This document shows positions 54,241-63,757 of a DNA stretch of 64,000 bases, in pieces. Origin of the DNA: an uncultured Actinomycetes bacterium (GTDB lineage Bacteria > Actinomycetota > Thermoleophilia > RBG-16-64-13). The first letter of the stretch is position 1. The number at the start of each line of letters is the position of its first letter. Where the stretch lies: NCBI GenBank assembly GCA_963841735.1, contig CAWJDT010000001.1, positions 1,088,001-1,152,000 on the forward strand. Reading direction: 5' to 3'. A program made the translations under genes and the position numbers. The notes under the pieces were generated by a model. It had not been told where the DNA came from. It did no database searches and worked only from the letters and a program-made list of their open reading frames with translations.

Positions 54241-55215
54241 ATGTCGAGCGAGCGATTACTTTCGGCTGCGCCGGCCGAGCCGTTGGCCCGGGAGTTGGCC
54301 TTCGCGCTCTCCGCGGGCGGTTTCAGCTACCGGTTGGCTCCGGCGCGGATCATGGATGGGCTCTTCGAGACCATGACCGCTCTCCGCGACCGGGGGTCGC
54401 TTGCGCCCGAGCTCTACGACGAGTACAAGCCCTACTTCCGATTCATGCCACCCCCGGAGGTGGCCGGACCGCGCACCGTGATCGTGGTCGCGTGGCCGTC
54501 ACTGCCCGACAAGGTACGTTTTCACTTTGACGCCGGGCCTCTAGACGCTGTCATCCCGCCCACGTATGTCTCCTCCCAAGAGCGGGAGAAGTGCCTGCAG
54601 ATAATGCGCTCGGTGCTAGACCCGGCCGGTTTCTCGGTGGGCCGGGCAACGGGTCCGGTCAAGCTGCTTGCCGTGCGCACGGGCCTGGCGCAATACGGCC
54701 GCAACAACCTCGCCTACGTCACGGGCTTGGGCAGCTATGCGCGGTTGAACGCGTTTTGCACCGACGCTGATCTGGGGGCGGTGGATTATGAGCGTAAAGG
54801 GAGCGAGCTCATGAGCTGCTGCCCTCCGTGCCGCAACTGCCATCATGTCTGTCCTACCGGCTGCATCCCTCATGCCGGCACCGTTATCGACGCAACACGC
54901 TGCCTGAGTTACTTCAGTGAGCACGAAGGCGATTGGCCGGATTGGCTCGACCCCAGAGCTCACAAGTGTCTCGTGGGCTGCATGCGCTGTCAGGAGATGT
55001 GCCCGGCCAACCGGTACTACCTGCGGAGCGAGAAGGTGGTGGCCGAGTTCGATCGGGCGGAGACCTGGATGATCCTCCAGGATCTTCCTACGGAACAGCT
55101 GCCCGTTGCTCTTCGGGAGAAGCTCGCGGCGCTGGACCTAGACGACTACTCGCCGGTCCTGGGCCGGAATCTCCGGGCGTTGCGGGACGCCTTGAGCGAG
55201 CCGGCTAAGGTCTGA
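54241..55215 (+). CDS. Epoxyqueuosine reductase (QueG)-like Fe-S protein
   Basis: KLLAVRTGLAQYGRNN, GS, CxxCxxCxxxCPTG, RCLSY and GCMRCQEMCP. Confidence 0.7.
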   Translation: MSSERLLSAAPAEPLARELAFALSAGGFSYRLAPARIMDGLFETMTALRDRGSLAPELYDEYKPYFRFMPPPEVAGPRTVIVVAWPSLPDKVRFHFDAGPLDAVIPPTYVSSQEREKCLQIMRSVLDPAGFSVGRATGPVKLLAVRTGLAQYGRNNLAYVTGLGSYARLNAFCTDADLGAVDYERKGSELMSCCPPCRNCHHVCPTGCIPHAGTVIDATRCLSYFSEHEGDWPDWLDPRAHKCLVGCMRCQEMCPANRYYLRSEKVVAEFDRAETWMILQDLPTEQLPVALREKLAALDLDDYSPVLGRNLRALRDALSEPAKV

Positions 55216-55270
55216 CTCGCCCTCTCGGATCTCGCTCGCCCGGGTCGCTATATCTCCTGCGCTATGTGTC

Positions 55271-55314
55271 TTGATTCCTGGTGCATACTGGAGTATATAA
55301 GCAATCATGCAAAT
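55271..55314 (+). promoter_or_regulatory. Promoter with overlapping imperfect palindrome (ArsR-type operator candidate)
   Basis: TTGATT-N17-TATATA followed by TATAAGCA-ATCA-TGCAAATA, in an AT-rich island. Confidence 0.5.
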
Positions 55315-55729
55315 ACAGGACAAGGACACTTCAGTGGACGGTGGCTCGGTCACCGCGGACATGCGGCCCCTGTTCGTCATGCACGCCGAGATGTGTCAGG
55401 CCTTGGCCAACCAGCATCGGCTGGCCATCATGTACACGCTCAAGGATGGGGAGAAGTGCGTGGGCGATATCGCCGCCGAGCTTGGTATCTCGGTGCACAA
55501 TGTCTCCCAGCACCTGCGCATCTTGCGGCAAAGGCTGCTGGTCCGCTCACGCAAAGAAGGTCAGACCGTCTACTACTCCGTCACTAATCCCAAGTTCGTA
55601 CAGGCCTGCGGGCTCATACGCGAAGCCCTGGTCGAGGAGCATCGGGCGGAGGGGGAATCTCTTCGGGTTGCGGGGCTCTTGGATTTGCCGGGCGTTACAT
55701 TCGGCCCGGATGCGGGCACAAACAGCTAA
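55307..55729 (+). CDS. ArsR/SmtB family regulator (true start may be 55334 or 55361)
   Basis: AEMCQALANQHRL, VSQHLRIL, RKEGQTVYY and QACGL. Confidence 0.9.
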   Translation: MQIQDKDTSVDGGSVTADMRPLFVMHAEMCQALANQHRLAIMYTLKDGEKCVGDIAAELGISVHNVSQHLRILRQRLLVRSRKEGQTVYYSVTNPKFVQACGLIREALVEEHRAEGESLRVAGLLDLPGVTFGPDAGTNS

Positions 55730-55794
55730 GGCGGCGTCGTAGGCGACGACTGCTCTCGGGAACGACAATGCCGACTACAGATGGAGGCGGTTCC

Positions 55795-56040
55795 ATGGAT
55801 CTCAGTTCACTGCAGGGTCAGAAGGTCGTCGATGCTAGGGGCACGTCATGCCCAGGGCCCATCCTGGCCGCCAAGAAGGGCATGGCCGACGTCAAGGTGG
55901 GTGAGATCATGGAGGTTCTTGCCACCGACTCCGGCACTCAGAAGGACCTGCCCGCCTGGTCGAAGAAGATGGGGCACGAATACCTCGGCTTTGTCGAAGA
56001 GCCCGGCTATCTGAAGCTGTTCGTCAAGAAGCTCAAGTAG
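55795..56040 (+). CDS. tusA: TusA/SirA-family sulfur carrier
   Basis: VVDARGTSCPGP, VLATD and DLPAW. Confidence 0.9.
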   Translation: MDLSSLQGQKVVDARGTSCPGPILAAKKGMADVKVGEIMEVLATDSGTQKDLPAWSKKMGHEYLGFVEEPGYLKLFVKKLK

Positions 56041-56057
56041 TCGCCGAGGAGCCTGAG

Positions 56058-56492
56058 GTGAGCGAGGGCGGAGGCTTCGCGCCAAAGATACTGGTCTTCT
56101 CGACCCACAACATCTCCGATCCGGGGATCGACCTGGCCGGCAGTTCGCACATGCACTACTCGCCGACCGTGGAGGTCATCAGCCTGCCCTGCTCCAGCGG
56201 CATCAAGCCGAGTTGGATCGCTTACGCCATCGAGCGGGGGTTCGACGGGGTGTTCATCGCGGCCGACGGCGAGGAGTGCGCCTTCTTGCCTGATTGCAGC
56301 CACCGCACCGCCAAGATCATGGCCGACTCCCAGGAGCTGCTAAAGGAGAAAGGCGGCGACCCTAGGCGGGTGAAGATGGCGGCCGTGTGCTCGGTGTGTG
56401 CCGATCCGTTCGTCAACTACATGCGCGAGTTCTCGGCCATGCTTGCTGAGTTGGGGCCGTCCGTCGGACCGGCAGGGACGGAGGCGGCATGA
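56058..56492 (+). CDS. MvhD-like hydrogenase iron-sulfur subunit (variant Cys pattern)
   Basis: PKILVF..DLAG, LPCS and GFDGVFI; N-terminal Cys residues replaced, extra CSVC. Confidence 0.8.
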   Translation: MSEGGGFAPKILVFSTHNISDPGIDLAGSSHMHYSPTVEVISLPCSSGIKPSWIAYAIERGFDGVFIAADGEECAFLPDCSHRTAKIMADSQELLKEKGGDPRRVKMAAVCSVCADPFVNYMREFSAMLAELGPSVGPAGTEAA

Positions 56493-59182
56493 GCGCCAAG
56501 TACGACGCTCTCGTGATCGGCAGCGGCATCGGGGGCATGGAATCCGCCCTGAAGTTGGGCGACATGGGCTACAAGGTGTTGATCGTCGAACGTGAAGGCA
56601 GCGTCGGCGGCAAGATGATCCTGCTCAGCAAGGTGTTCCCCACCTTGGACTGCGCCAGCTGCATCTCCACCCCCAAGATGGGGGCCACCATCCATCATCC
56701 AAACGTGACGGCGCTCACTTACTCCGAGGTAGACGGCATCCAGAGTGATGGCAACGGAGGCTTCAAGGCCCAGATTCGCCAGAAGCCGCGCTTTGTCGAT
56801 GAGGTCGCCTGCACGGGCTGTCGCCAATGCGAGATGGTCTGCAACGTGGCGGTGCCCGACGAGTTCAACGCCGGCATGGTGTCCCGGCGGGCCGCCTACA
56901 TCGCGTTCCCTCAGGCCGTGCCGAAGAAGGCAGTGGTCGAAAGGGCGGGGACTTCACCCTGCACGTCCGCGTGCCCGGCTGGGATCAAGCCCCACGGCTA
57001 CATAGCACTCATCCGTAGCGGTCAATATGAGAAGGCCTTCGAGCTGGTGTGTGAAGCCACGCCCCTGGTTGGCAGTCTGGGCCGGGCCTGTTACGCGCCT
57101 TGCGAAGAGGAATGCTCCCGGGGCGGTCTGGAGGGGTCGCTCTCCATCCGCAGGCTCAAGCGCTTCATTGCCGACAGGCACTATGCGCAAGACAGGGTGT
57201 CAGTGGAGGCCCCTCCGTTCAACGGCAAGAAGGTGGCCATCGTAGGGTCTGGGCCGGCCGGGCTGACCGCGGCCTGGCATCTGGCCCGCAAGGGATACGA
57301 GGTCAAGATCTTCGAAGCGGCTTCGCAGCCCGGCGGCATGTTGCGTCTGGCTCTGCCGCCATACCGGCTGCCCAACGAAGTGGTCGATCAGGATGTGGCC
57401 AATGTCACAGGCATCGGGGTGACCATCGAGACGGACTCTCGGGTGGAGGAGCTCGAGGCACTGAAGGCCGCCGGTTACGATGCCATCCTGCTGGCGCTGG
57501 GTACACACCAGGCCACCAAGCTCCGGGTCCCCGGGGAGGAGCTGGCCGGCGTAATGCGTGCCGCCGACTTCTTGAAGGCCGCCAAGCTGGGTGAGGAACT
57601 CGACGTCAAGGGCAAACGGGTGGTGGTGATCGGGGGCGGCAACGTCGCTGTCGACGTAGCCCGCACCGCTCTGCGTGAGGGCGCTTTGTCGGCTCAAGCC
57701 CTTAGCCTGGAATCGTATAAGGACATGCCTGCCCATCCGCAGGAGGTTGCGGACGCCAAGGCCGAGGGGGTCACGTTCAAGAACTCCTGTGGAGTGCGTG
57801 AGTTTGCCGGGCAGGACAGGGTGCGAAGCGTGGAGCTGATGCGCTGCGTCGCCGTGTTTGACAGCAAGGGCCGTTTCAGCCCGCAGTACGCCGGAGAGGG
57901 CGGCGGCGGCATTGAGTGCGACATAGCGGTGGTGGCAGCGGGCATGCGCCCGGACTCGGGCGAGTTCGGGCTCCCTATCAACAGGAACGGCACCATCGAA
58001 GTCCACGGCGGCACTCTGCAGACCAGCCTGCCCCACGTATTCGCCGCGGGCGACGTGGTGCTGGGGCCCTCAATGATAACGTCCGCCGCCGGGCAGGGCC
58101 GGCGGGCGGCTCATATGATCGACCGCTGGCTCCAGGGCGAGCCTTTCGACGTGGCCGAGTTCGATGCCGTACTGCCGCCCGTGAACAAGGACGACGTCTT
58201 CGCCAGGCAGGCGACTGTCAGCGAGATCCCGCCGGCGCAGCAACGGGGGGGTGGGAAGTTGGCCCCGGGCGAGTTCTTCCCCGACGAGGAGACCATGACC
58301 GAGGAGGAGGCTCTACAGAGTGTGAGCCGCTGCCTGGACTGCGGTGTGTGTTCCGAGTGCCAGGCGTGCGTCAAGGTCTGCCCGGCTGAGTGCATCCATC
58401 TGAACATGCGGGGCAGTGAGATGGAGGTCGAAGTTGGAACGGTCGTCCTGGCCACCGGCTACACTCTGTTTCCCGCCGATTTGAAGCCGCAGTATGGCTA
58501 CGGCAAGTACAAGAACGTCATCACCGGCATGCAGATGGACAGGCTCCTGGCGCCCACTCGTCCCTACAACGGCGTGCTGCGGCCGGGGGACGGCAAGGTG
58601 CCCGACAACATCGCCTACATCCTATGCACCGGTTCGCGCGACGAGACTCTGGATAACCCGCTTTGCTCGCGGATCTGTTGCATGTACTCCATCAAGCAGA
58701 ACCAGCTGATCATGGGCGCCCTGCCGCTGGCCGACGTCACCGTCTACTACATGGACGTGCGCGCGGTGGGCAAGGGCTACGACGAGTTCTACGAGCAGGC
58801 TAAGGACATGGGAGCCAACTTCGTGAAGGGTCGAGTGGCTGAGGTCACGGAGAAGGAGAACGGCAACCTGGTTCTCAAGTACGAGGACATCGAGAACGGT
58901 ACGCTGGTCGAGACCGAGCACGATCTGGTGGTGTTGGCTGTCGGCGTTCGCCCGAACAACGACGTGCGGCGGCTCTTCGCCGACGGCGACCTGGGCCTGG
59001 ACGACTACGCCTATGTGGACGAGCCCGAGGAGGACTTGAACCCCGGGGCCACTAACATGCCTGGCGTCTACGTGGCCGGCTCGGCGTCGGGCATCAAGGA
59101 CATCCCCGATTCCATCCTTCACGCGGGGGCCGCGGTGGCACAGGCCGCCGCCCATCTCGAGAAGGCGAAGGCGAAGCTGTGA
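56489..59182 (+). CDS. HdrA/QmoA-like flavoprotein with inserted GltD-like NAD(P)H module
   Basis: GSGIGG and KVFPTLDCASC; insert PCTSACP..GRAC..PCEEEC, GSGPAG, GGGNVA; C-terminal CTGSRD..CSRICC. Confidence 0.88.
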   Translation: MSAKYDALVIGSGIGGMESALKLGDMGYKVLIVEREGSVGGKMILLSKVFPTLDCASCISTPKMGATIHHPNVTALTYSEVDGIQSDGNGGFKAQIRQKPRFVDEVACTGCRQCEMVCNVAVPDEFNAGMVSRRAAYIAFPQAVPKKAVVERAGTSPCTSACPAGIKPHGYIALIRSGQYEKAFELVCEATPLVGSLGRACYAPCEEECSRGGLEGSLSIRRLKRFIADRHYAQDRVSVEAPPFNGKKVAIVGSGPAGLTAAWHLARKGYEVKIFEAASQPGGMLRLALPPYRLPNEVVDQDVANVTGIGVTIETDSRVEELEALKAAGYDAILLALGTHQATKLRVPGEELAGVMRAADFLKAAKLGEELDVKGKRVVVIGGGNVAVDVARTALREGALSAQALSLESYKDMPAHPQEVADAKAEGVTFKNSCGVREFAGQDRVRSVELMRCVAVFDSKGRFSPQYAGEGGGGIECDIAVVAAGMRPDSGEFGLPINRNGTIEVHGGTLQTSLPHVFAAGDVVLGPSMITSAAGQGRRAAHMIDRWLQGEPFDVAEFDAVLPPVNKDDVFARQATVSEIPPAQQRGGGKLAPGEFFPDEETMTEEEALQSVSRCLDCGVCSECQACVKVCPAECIHLNMRGSEMEVEVGTVVLATGYTLFPADLKPQYGYGKYKNVITGMQMDRLLAPTRPYNGVLRPGDGKVPDNIAYILCTGSRDETLDNPLCSRICCMYSIKQNQLIMGALPLADVTVYYMDVRAVGKGYDEFYEQAKDMGANFVKGRVAEVTEKENGNLVLKYEDIENGTLVETEHDLVVLAVGVRPNNDVRRLFADGDLGLDDYAYVDEPEEDLNPGATNMPGVYVAGSASGIKDIPDSILHAGAAVAQAAAHLEKAKAKL

Positions 59183-61092
59183 GCGCGCAGGGCGACAACG
59201 TCGTCATGCCGGGCGTCGGCGCGCCGGGCGCGGCCGCGTCAGGTGCCGCCGCGCAGGCCGGCGCCACGGCCGCCAAGCGGCGCATCGGGGTGTACGTCTG
59301 CCACTGCGGCGGCAACATCTCCGACTATGTGGACGTGGAGAAGGTGGTGGCTTCGGTCCAGTCCGATCCCGACGTAGTGGTGGCCAGGACCGCCATGTTC
59401 ACCTGCTCCGACGCCAGCCAGCAGGACATCATCAACGACATCAAAGAGCAGAAGCTCGACGGCATCGTGGTGGCCTCGTGCTCGCCCAAGTTGCATACGT
59501 TCACCTTCAGGGACGTCGCGAAACGGGCCGGTCTGAGTCCCTACCAGTACACCCAGGTGAACATCAGGGAGCAGTGCTCCTGGACTCACACCGACGACCA
59601 CGAAGGGGCTACGCGCAAGGCCTACCAGCTGGTGAAGGCCGGCGTCGGCCGTACCCGCCTCACCGTGCCCTTGGAGCCGATAGTTGTGGAGACCGTGCCC
59701 AAGGCCGTCGTGATCGGCGGGGGTATCGCCGGGCTGCGAGCGGCACTGGGCCTGGCAGAGATCGGGTTGGCGGTGTTCCTGGTGGAGAGGGAAGACCACC
59801 TGGGCGGCTGGATCGGCGGCTTCGGTGAGATGTACCCGCACGGCAAGAACGGCCGGGAGTTGATAGCCAAACTGATAGAGAAGACACGTAAGCACCCAGG
59901 CGTCACCACGTTCACCAACGCCGAGGTGACCGGCAAGGCCGGCAGCTTCGGCAACTACGAAGTATCGATCCGGGTGAACGGCGGCGCTGAGCAGGAGTTG
60001 GCGGCCAAGGCCCCAGCGGAGTCGCAGGCCAAGGCGCCCGAGACCATCACGGTGCAGGCCGGTTCCATCATCGTGGCCACTGGGTTTGACACATACGCGG
60101 TCTCCGAGGATGAATTCGGCTACGGATTCGAAGGGGTGCTGACGCTCCCCGACTTCAAGCGCCTGGTCGACGACAGTGAAGGCCCGCTTCGCTACAACGA
60201 CAAGGCGGTCGAGGTGGTGGCCTACATCTACTGCGTCGGCAGCCGGCAGCGGGGCGACGTGGAGGATCCCAACGAATACTGCTCCCGCTACTGCTGCACG
60301 GCAGCCGTTCACGCTTCGATCCAGGCGGCGGCCAAGCCGGGCCGGGTGCACCAATATCATCTTCACAGGGACGTGCGCACCTACGGCAACTACGAGCTGC
60401 TGTACAACGAATGCCAGAACCAAGGCGCCGTCTTTCTCAAGGTGCCCGACGACGAGCCGCCCACGGTGCGCAAAGACCCCGAGAGCGGCAGGCTTCTTGT
60501 GACCACCCGCGATCTCCTGAGCGAAGGCGAAGAAGTGGAGATTCCGGCCGACCTGGTGGTGCTGGTCACCGGTATGGTGCCGCGGTTCAACCACGACCTG
60601 ATCAAGAGCTTGAAGCTGCCGGTGGGCCGGAGCGGGTTCTTCAACGAGATCCACCCCAAGCTGCGCCCGGTGGAGACCGTGGTAGACGGGGTCTACATCT
60701 GTGGCGCCTGCCAAGCGCCGAGGAACTCGGCCGAGGCGGTGGCCTCGGGCCTGGCGGCGGTGACGCAGGCCGCGTCCATCCTTAAGCGCGGATTCGCGGA
60801 GCTCGACCCGCTGGTCGCCTTCGTCGACACCTGTGCGTGTACATGGTGCGGGCTGTGCTTGGAGGCCTGCCCGTACGACGCACCGCGGCAGACGGAGGAG
60901 AACGGCAAGGCCGTGGCCTTCATCGACAAGACCGCGTGCAAGGGCTGCGGTGGCTGCGTGCCCGTTTGCCCGAAGGATGCCATCGATTTGGAGGGCTACA
61001 CCGACGCGCAGATGCGGGCCATGATCGACGGCCTGCTCGACATACCGGCTGAGGCGCCCGCGGGGGCGCCCGAGGAGGTGGCGGCGAGATGA
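59179..61092 (+). CDS. hdrA: HdrA/QmoB-like flavoprotein
   Basis: IGVYVCHCGGNI, VVASCSP, NIREQCSW, GGGIAG, CVGSR..CSRYCC, HPKLRPV and two C-terminal 4Fe-4S motifs. Confidence 0.88.
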   Translation: MSAQGDNVVMPGVGAPGAAASGAAAQAGATAAKRRIGVYVCHCGGNISDYVDVEKVVASVQSDPDVVVARTAMFTCSDASQQDIINDIKEQKLDGIVVASCSPKLHTFTFRDVAKRAGLSPYQYTQVNIREQCSWTHTDDHEGATRKAYQLVKAGVGRTRLTVPLEPIVVETVPKAVVIGGGIAGLRAALGLAEIGLAVFLVEREDHLGGWIGGFGEMYPHGKNGRELIAKLIEKTRKHPGVTTFTNAEVTGKAGSFGNYEVSIRVNGGAEQELAAKAPAESQAKAPETITVQAGSIIVATGFDTYAVSEDEFGYGFEGVLTLPDFKRLVDDSEGPLRYNDKAVEVVAYIYCVGSRQRGDVEDPNEYCSRYCCTAAVHASIQAAAKPGRVHQYHLHRDVRTYGNYELLYNECQNQGAVFLKVPDDEPPTVRKDPESGRLLVTTRDLLSEGEEVEIPADLVVLVTGMVPRFNHDLIKSLKLPVGRSGFFNEIHPKLRPVETVVDGVYICGACQAPRNSAEAVASGLAAVTQAASILKRGFAELDPLVAFVDTCACTWCGLCLEACPYDAPRQTEENGKAVAFIDKTACKGCGGCVPVCPKDAIDLEGYTDAQMRAMIDGLLDIPAEAPAGAPEEVAAR

Positions 61093-61382
61093 GCACCGCC
61101 AACGTCGCCAACGCCGCCAACGTCCCAGGGCCGGCCGATGCGGGCAACCGTGACGTCCGCGAGGTCATCCGCGACGAGCACCTCATGCGTGGTCGCATTC
61201 TCAAGCTTCTTCAGGATGGGCCCCTGACCATACCCGAGATCGCCGAAGGTCTGGGCAGGCCCACCTTCGAGGCTACCTTCTGGGTGATGGGAATGCGCAA
61301 GTACGGCTACGTGGCTGAAGTCAAAGAGGTTACCGACGAAGGCTACTTCCAATATCAGGCGATCGAGAGGGACGAACCATGA
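61089..61382 (+). CDS. Small winged-HTH protein
   Basis: ILKLLQDGPLTIPEIAEGLG...MGMRKYGYV; translationally coupled on both sides. Confidence 0.7.
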   Translation: MSTANVANAANVPGPADAGNRDVREVIRDEHLMRGRILKLLQDGPLTIPEIAEGLGRPTFEATFWVMGMRKYGYVAEVKEVTDEGYFQYQAIERDEP

Positions 61383-62509
61383 CCACCAGGGTGAATCCCC
61401 GCCTTATCGACGACTTGGCACTTTACGGGGCCGAGGACGTGCAGAAGTGCTACAACTGCGGCAACTGCACCGCTACGTGCTCGCTCACCGACCAGTCGTA
61501 CAACTTCCCCCGCAAGTGCATGCATGCCCTCCAGATGGGCATGGAGAAGAAGCTCGAGGGCAGTCTTGAACCCTGGCTCTGCTACTACTGCGGCGAGTGT
61601 TCGGCGGAGTGCCCGCGCGAGGCGCAACCGGGCGAGACCATGATGAGCCTGCGCCGCTGGCTCACCTCGCGCTACGATTTCACCGGCATCGGCCGCATGT
61701 TCTACCGGCGGCCTGTGACCGAGATCGTCGCGGTGGTGGTGGTCGCGCTCCTCACCGGCCTGGGGTTTACCCTGTTCGGCGTGTATGGCGGCGACATCAA
61801 CCACTACACCGGGGTCGATGCCTTTCTTCCTGGGGACACGATCCACATTTTTGACTGGATCCTAGCGGCCGTCTTGCTGGCCTTCCTGCTGCCCAACTGT
61901 GCCCGTATGTGGTGGTTCACTTTGGGCCGGGAGACCCTGGGCAAGTCGCGCACCGGGCGGCTGTCGCCCCTGGCCTATCTCAAGGGGTTCTACCTCTTCC
62001 CGTTGCACTTCGTGACGCAGAAGCGCATGGCGCAGTGCAAGCAGAAACGTCCTTGGGTGGTGCACCTGATCCTCATGCTCAGCTACGTGACCATGCTGAT
62101 ACTCATCATGTTCTTCCTGAAGCGCATGTGGGCCGGACCCAGCATCGACTGGCGAGTGCACGTGTTCGGATATGCGGCCAGCGCCGGGCTGCTGGGCGCT
62201 ACCGTCTGGGCGCTTCGGGGACGCATCAAGAAGGCGGAGGAGCACTACAAGCATTCGCACGAGAGCGACTGGATGTTCCTGGTGCTTCTGATCGTCGTGG
62301 CGGCGACTGGGGTCCTGCAGCATGTGCTCCATCGTGCAGGCGTCGATGTCGCGGCCAACGTCGCGTACGTTGTGCACCTCATGGCGGTGGTGCCCATGCT
62401 TGGCTTGGAAGTCCCCTTCAGCAAGTGGTCACACATGGCCTATCGACCGCTTGCCATGTACTTCTCGGCACTCCACGGGCAGGTGGAGCCGCTGACCCGT
62501 TGTCGATGA
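61379..62509 (+). CDS. QmoC-like Fe-S/membrane heme-b subunit
   Basis: CYNCGNCTATC and WLCYYCGECSAECP, then about 6 TM helices with His residues, and PFSKWSHMAYRP. Confidence 0.82.
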   Translation: MTTRVNPRLIDDLALYGAEDVQKCYNCGNCTATCSLTDQSYNFPRKCMHALQMGMEKKLEGSLEPWLCYYCGECSAECPREAQPGETMMSLRRWLTSRYDFTGIGRMFYRRPVTEIVAVVVVALLTGLGFTLFGVYGGDINHYTGVDAFLPGDTIHIFDWILAAVLLAFLLPNCARMWWFTLGRETLGKSRTGRLSPLAYLKGFYLFPLHFVTQKRMAQCKQKRPWVVHLILMLSYVTMLILIMFFLKRMWAGPSIDWRVHVFGYAASAGLLGATVWALRGRIKKAEEHYKHSHESDWMFLVLLIVVAATGVLQHVLHRAGVDVAANVAYVVHLMAVVPMLGLEVPFSKWSHMAYRPLAMYFSALHGQVEPLTRCR

Positions 62510-62622
62510 AGTGCCGAGCGACGCCCAGACCGAGTCTGCCGCGTGACAGCCGGACCTACTTCGACGCATCTAACGACAGCCGACAGCGCCCCAGGTAATT
62601 AGAGAAGCGAAAGGAAGAGCAA

Positions 62623-63105
62623 GTGGACACCAGCAAGAAAACGATCATTCTTTTCAGCGGTGATTTTGACAAGGCGATGGCAGGGTTCATCATCGCCAAC
62701 GGCGCCGCTGCCATGGGCGACGAAGTAACCATGTTCTTTACGTTCTGGGGCCTCAACCTGCTCCGCAAACCCAAGAAGGTCAAGATCCCCGGCAAGAAGA
62801 CCTTCCTGCAGGTCATGTTTGGGAAGATGATGCCCCGTGGCCCGGGCCACCTAGGGCTGTCCAAGATGAACTTCTGCGGCCTCGGCGCTCCCCTCATGAA
62901 GGTGGTCATGAAGTCGGCCAACGCGATGACGCTGGAGCAGTTGATGGATAGCGCTCGTGAGCAAGGTGTGAAGTTGATCGCCTGCACCCTCTCGATGGAC
63001 ATCCTGGGCTTCAAGAAGGAAGAGCTTCTGGACGGCATCGAGTATGCAGGCGTGGCCGCGTATCTGGGCGAGGCCGACGAGGCGAACGTCAACCTGTTCA
63101 TCTAG
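62623..63105 (+). CDS. DsrE2/DrsE-like sulfurtransferase
   Basis: FSGDFDKA, MFFTFWGL, IACTLSMD and AGVAAYL. Confidence 0.88.
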   Translation: MDTSKKTIILFSGDFDKAMAGFIIANGAAAMGDEVTMFFTFWGLNLLRKPKKVKIPGKKTFLQVMFGKMMPRGPGHLGLSKMNFCGLGAPLMKVVMKSANAMTLEQLMDSAREQGVKLIACTLSMDILGFKKEELLDGIEYAGVAAYLGEADEANVNLFI

Positions 63106-63274
63106 AAGGCACCGGGGGATACCCCGATCGTCGGTCCTCGGGAGGCGGCGCCTCGCTGTCTCTCAGTCGACGATCTCGGCCAAGCGGTCGCAGGCCCAAG
63201 AGACGTGGTCTGGGCGGCATTTCGTGGCCTGGCGTGAGACTCCACCGGCCGTCATGCCCCGGCCCAGAGAGCTG

Positions 63275-63751
63275 TCAATCCCCTTGCTTGCTTCCCGCCT
63301 TCACCGCGGCTTGGGCCGCGTGATCGGCCAGCCGTTGCATCGAAGTCGCCCTGAGAGAGAGCGATGTTGCCATGAGTTCCAGGGCTTCGACTCCCTGCGT
63401 GGTTATGGCGTACACACGGCGGCTGGGCCCGGACTCGGGAGTCTGCCAGGAAGAGGCGACAAGTCCCTGCTCCTCTAACTCGCGCAACAGCCGGTACATG
63501 CTTCCCGGGTCGATGCAGACCAGATCGGCAGCCAGAGTTGTTATCTGTTGGACCAGATCGTAGCCGTGGGTAGTCGATTCGGCAATGGACGCCAAGATTG
63601 CTGCTTCCAGCACCGACCTCCGGTAGCGGCCGCCACCAGGACCTCTGCCTCCCGGCCCCTGACCGTCCGGACCGGCGCCCGCCGCTCCGCAGAAGCCTCC
63701 CGCGGCACCTTGTCTGCCTCGTCCCCGAGGCCCACCCGGACCGGCATTCAT
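63275..63751 (-). CDS. PadR family transcriptional regulator
   Basis: HGYDL, DPGSMYRLLRELE..GLV.S.W and GPSRRVYAIT. Confidence 0.88.
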   Translation of the reverse strand: MNAGPGGPRGRGRQGAAGGFCGAAGAGPDGQGPGGRGPGGGRYRRSVLEAAILASIAESTTHGYDLVQQITTLAADLVCIDPGSMYRLLRELEEQGLVASSWQTPESGPSRRVYAITTQGVEALELMATSLSLRATSMQRLADHAAQAAVKAGSKQGD

Positions 63752-63757
63752 AATCGA

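Noticed and set aside
56058-62509. Selenocysteine recoding in MvhD/HdrA
   Set aside because: The ORFs are uninterrupted, with no in-frame TGA at Cys positions.
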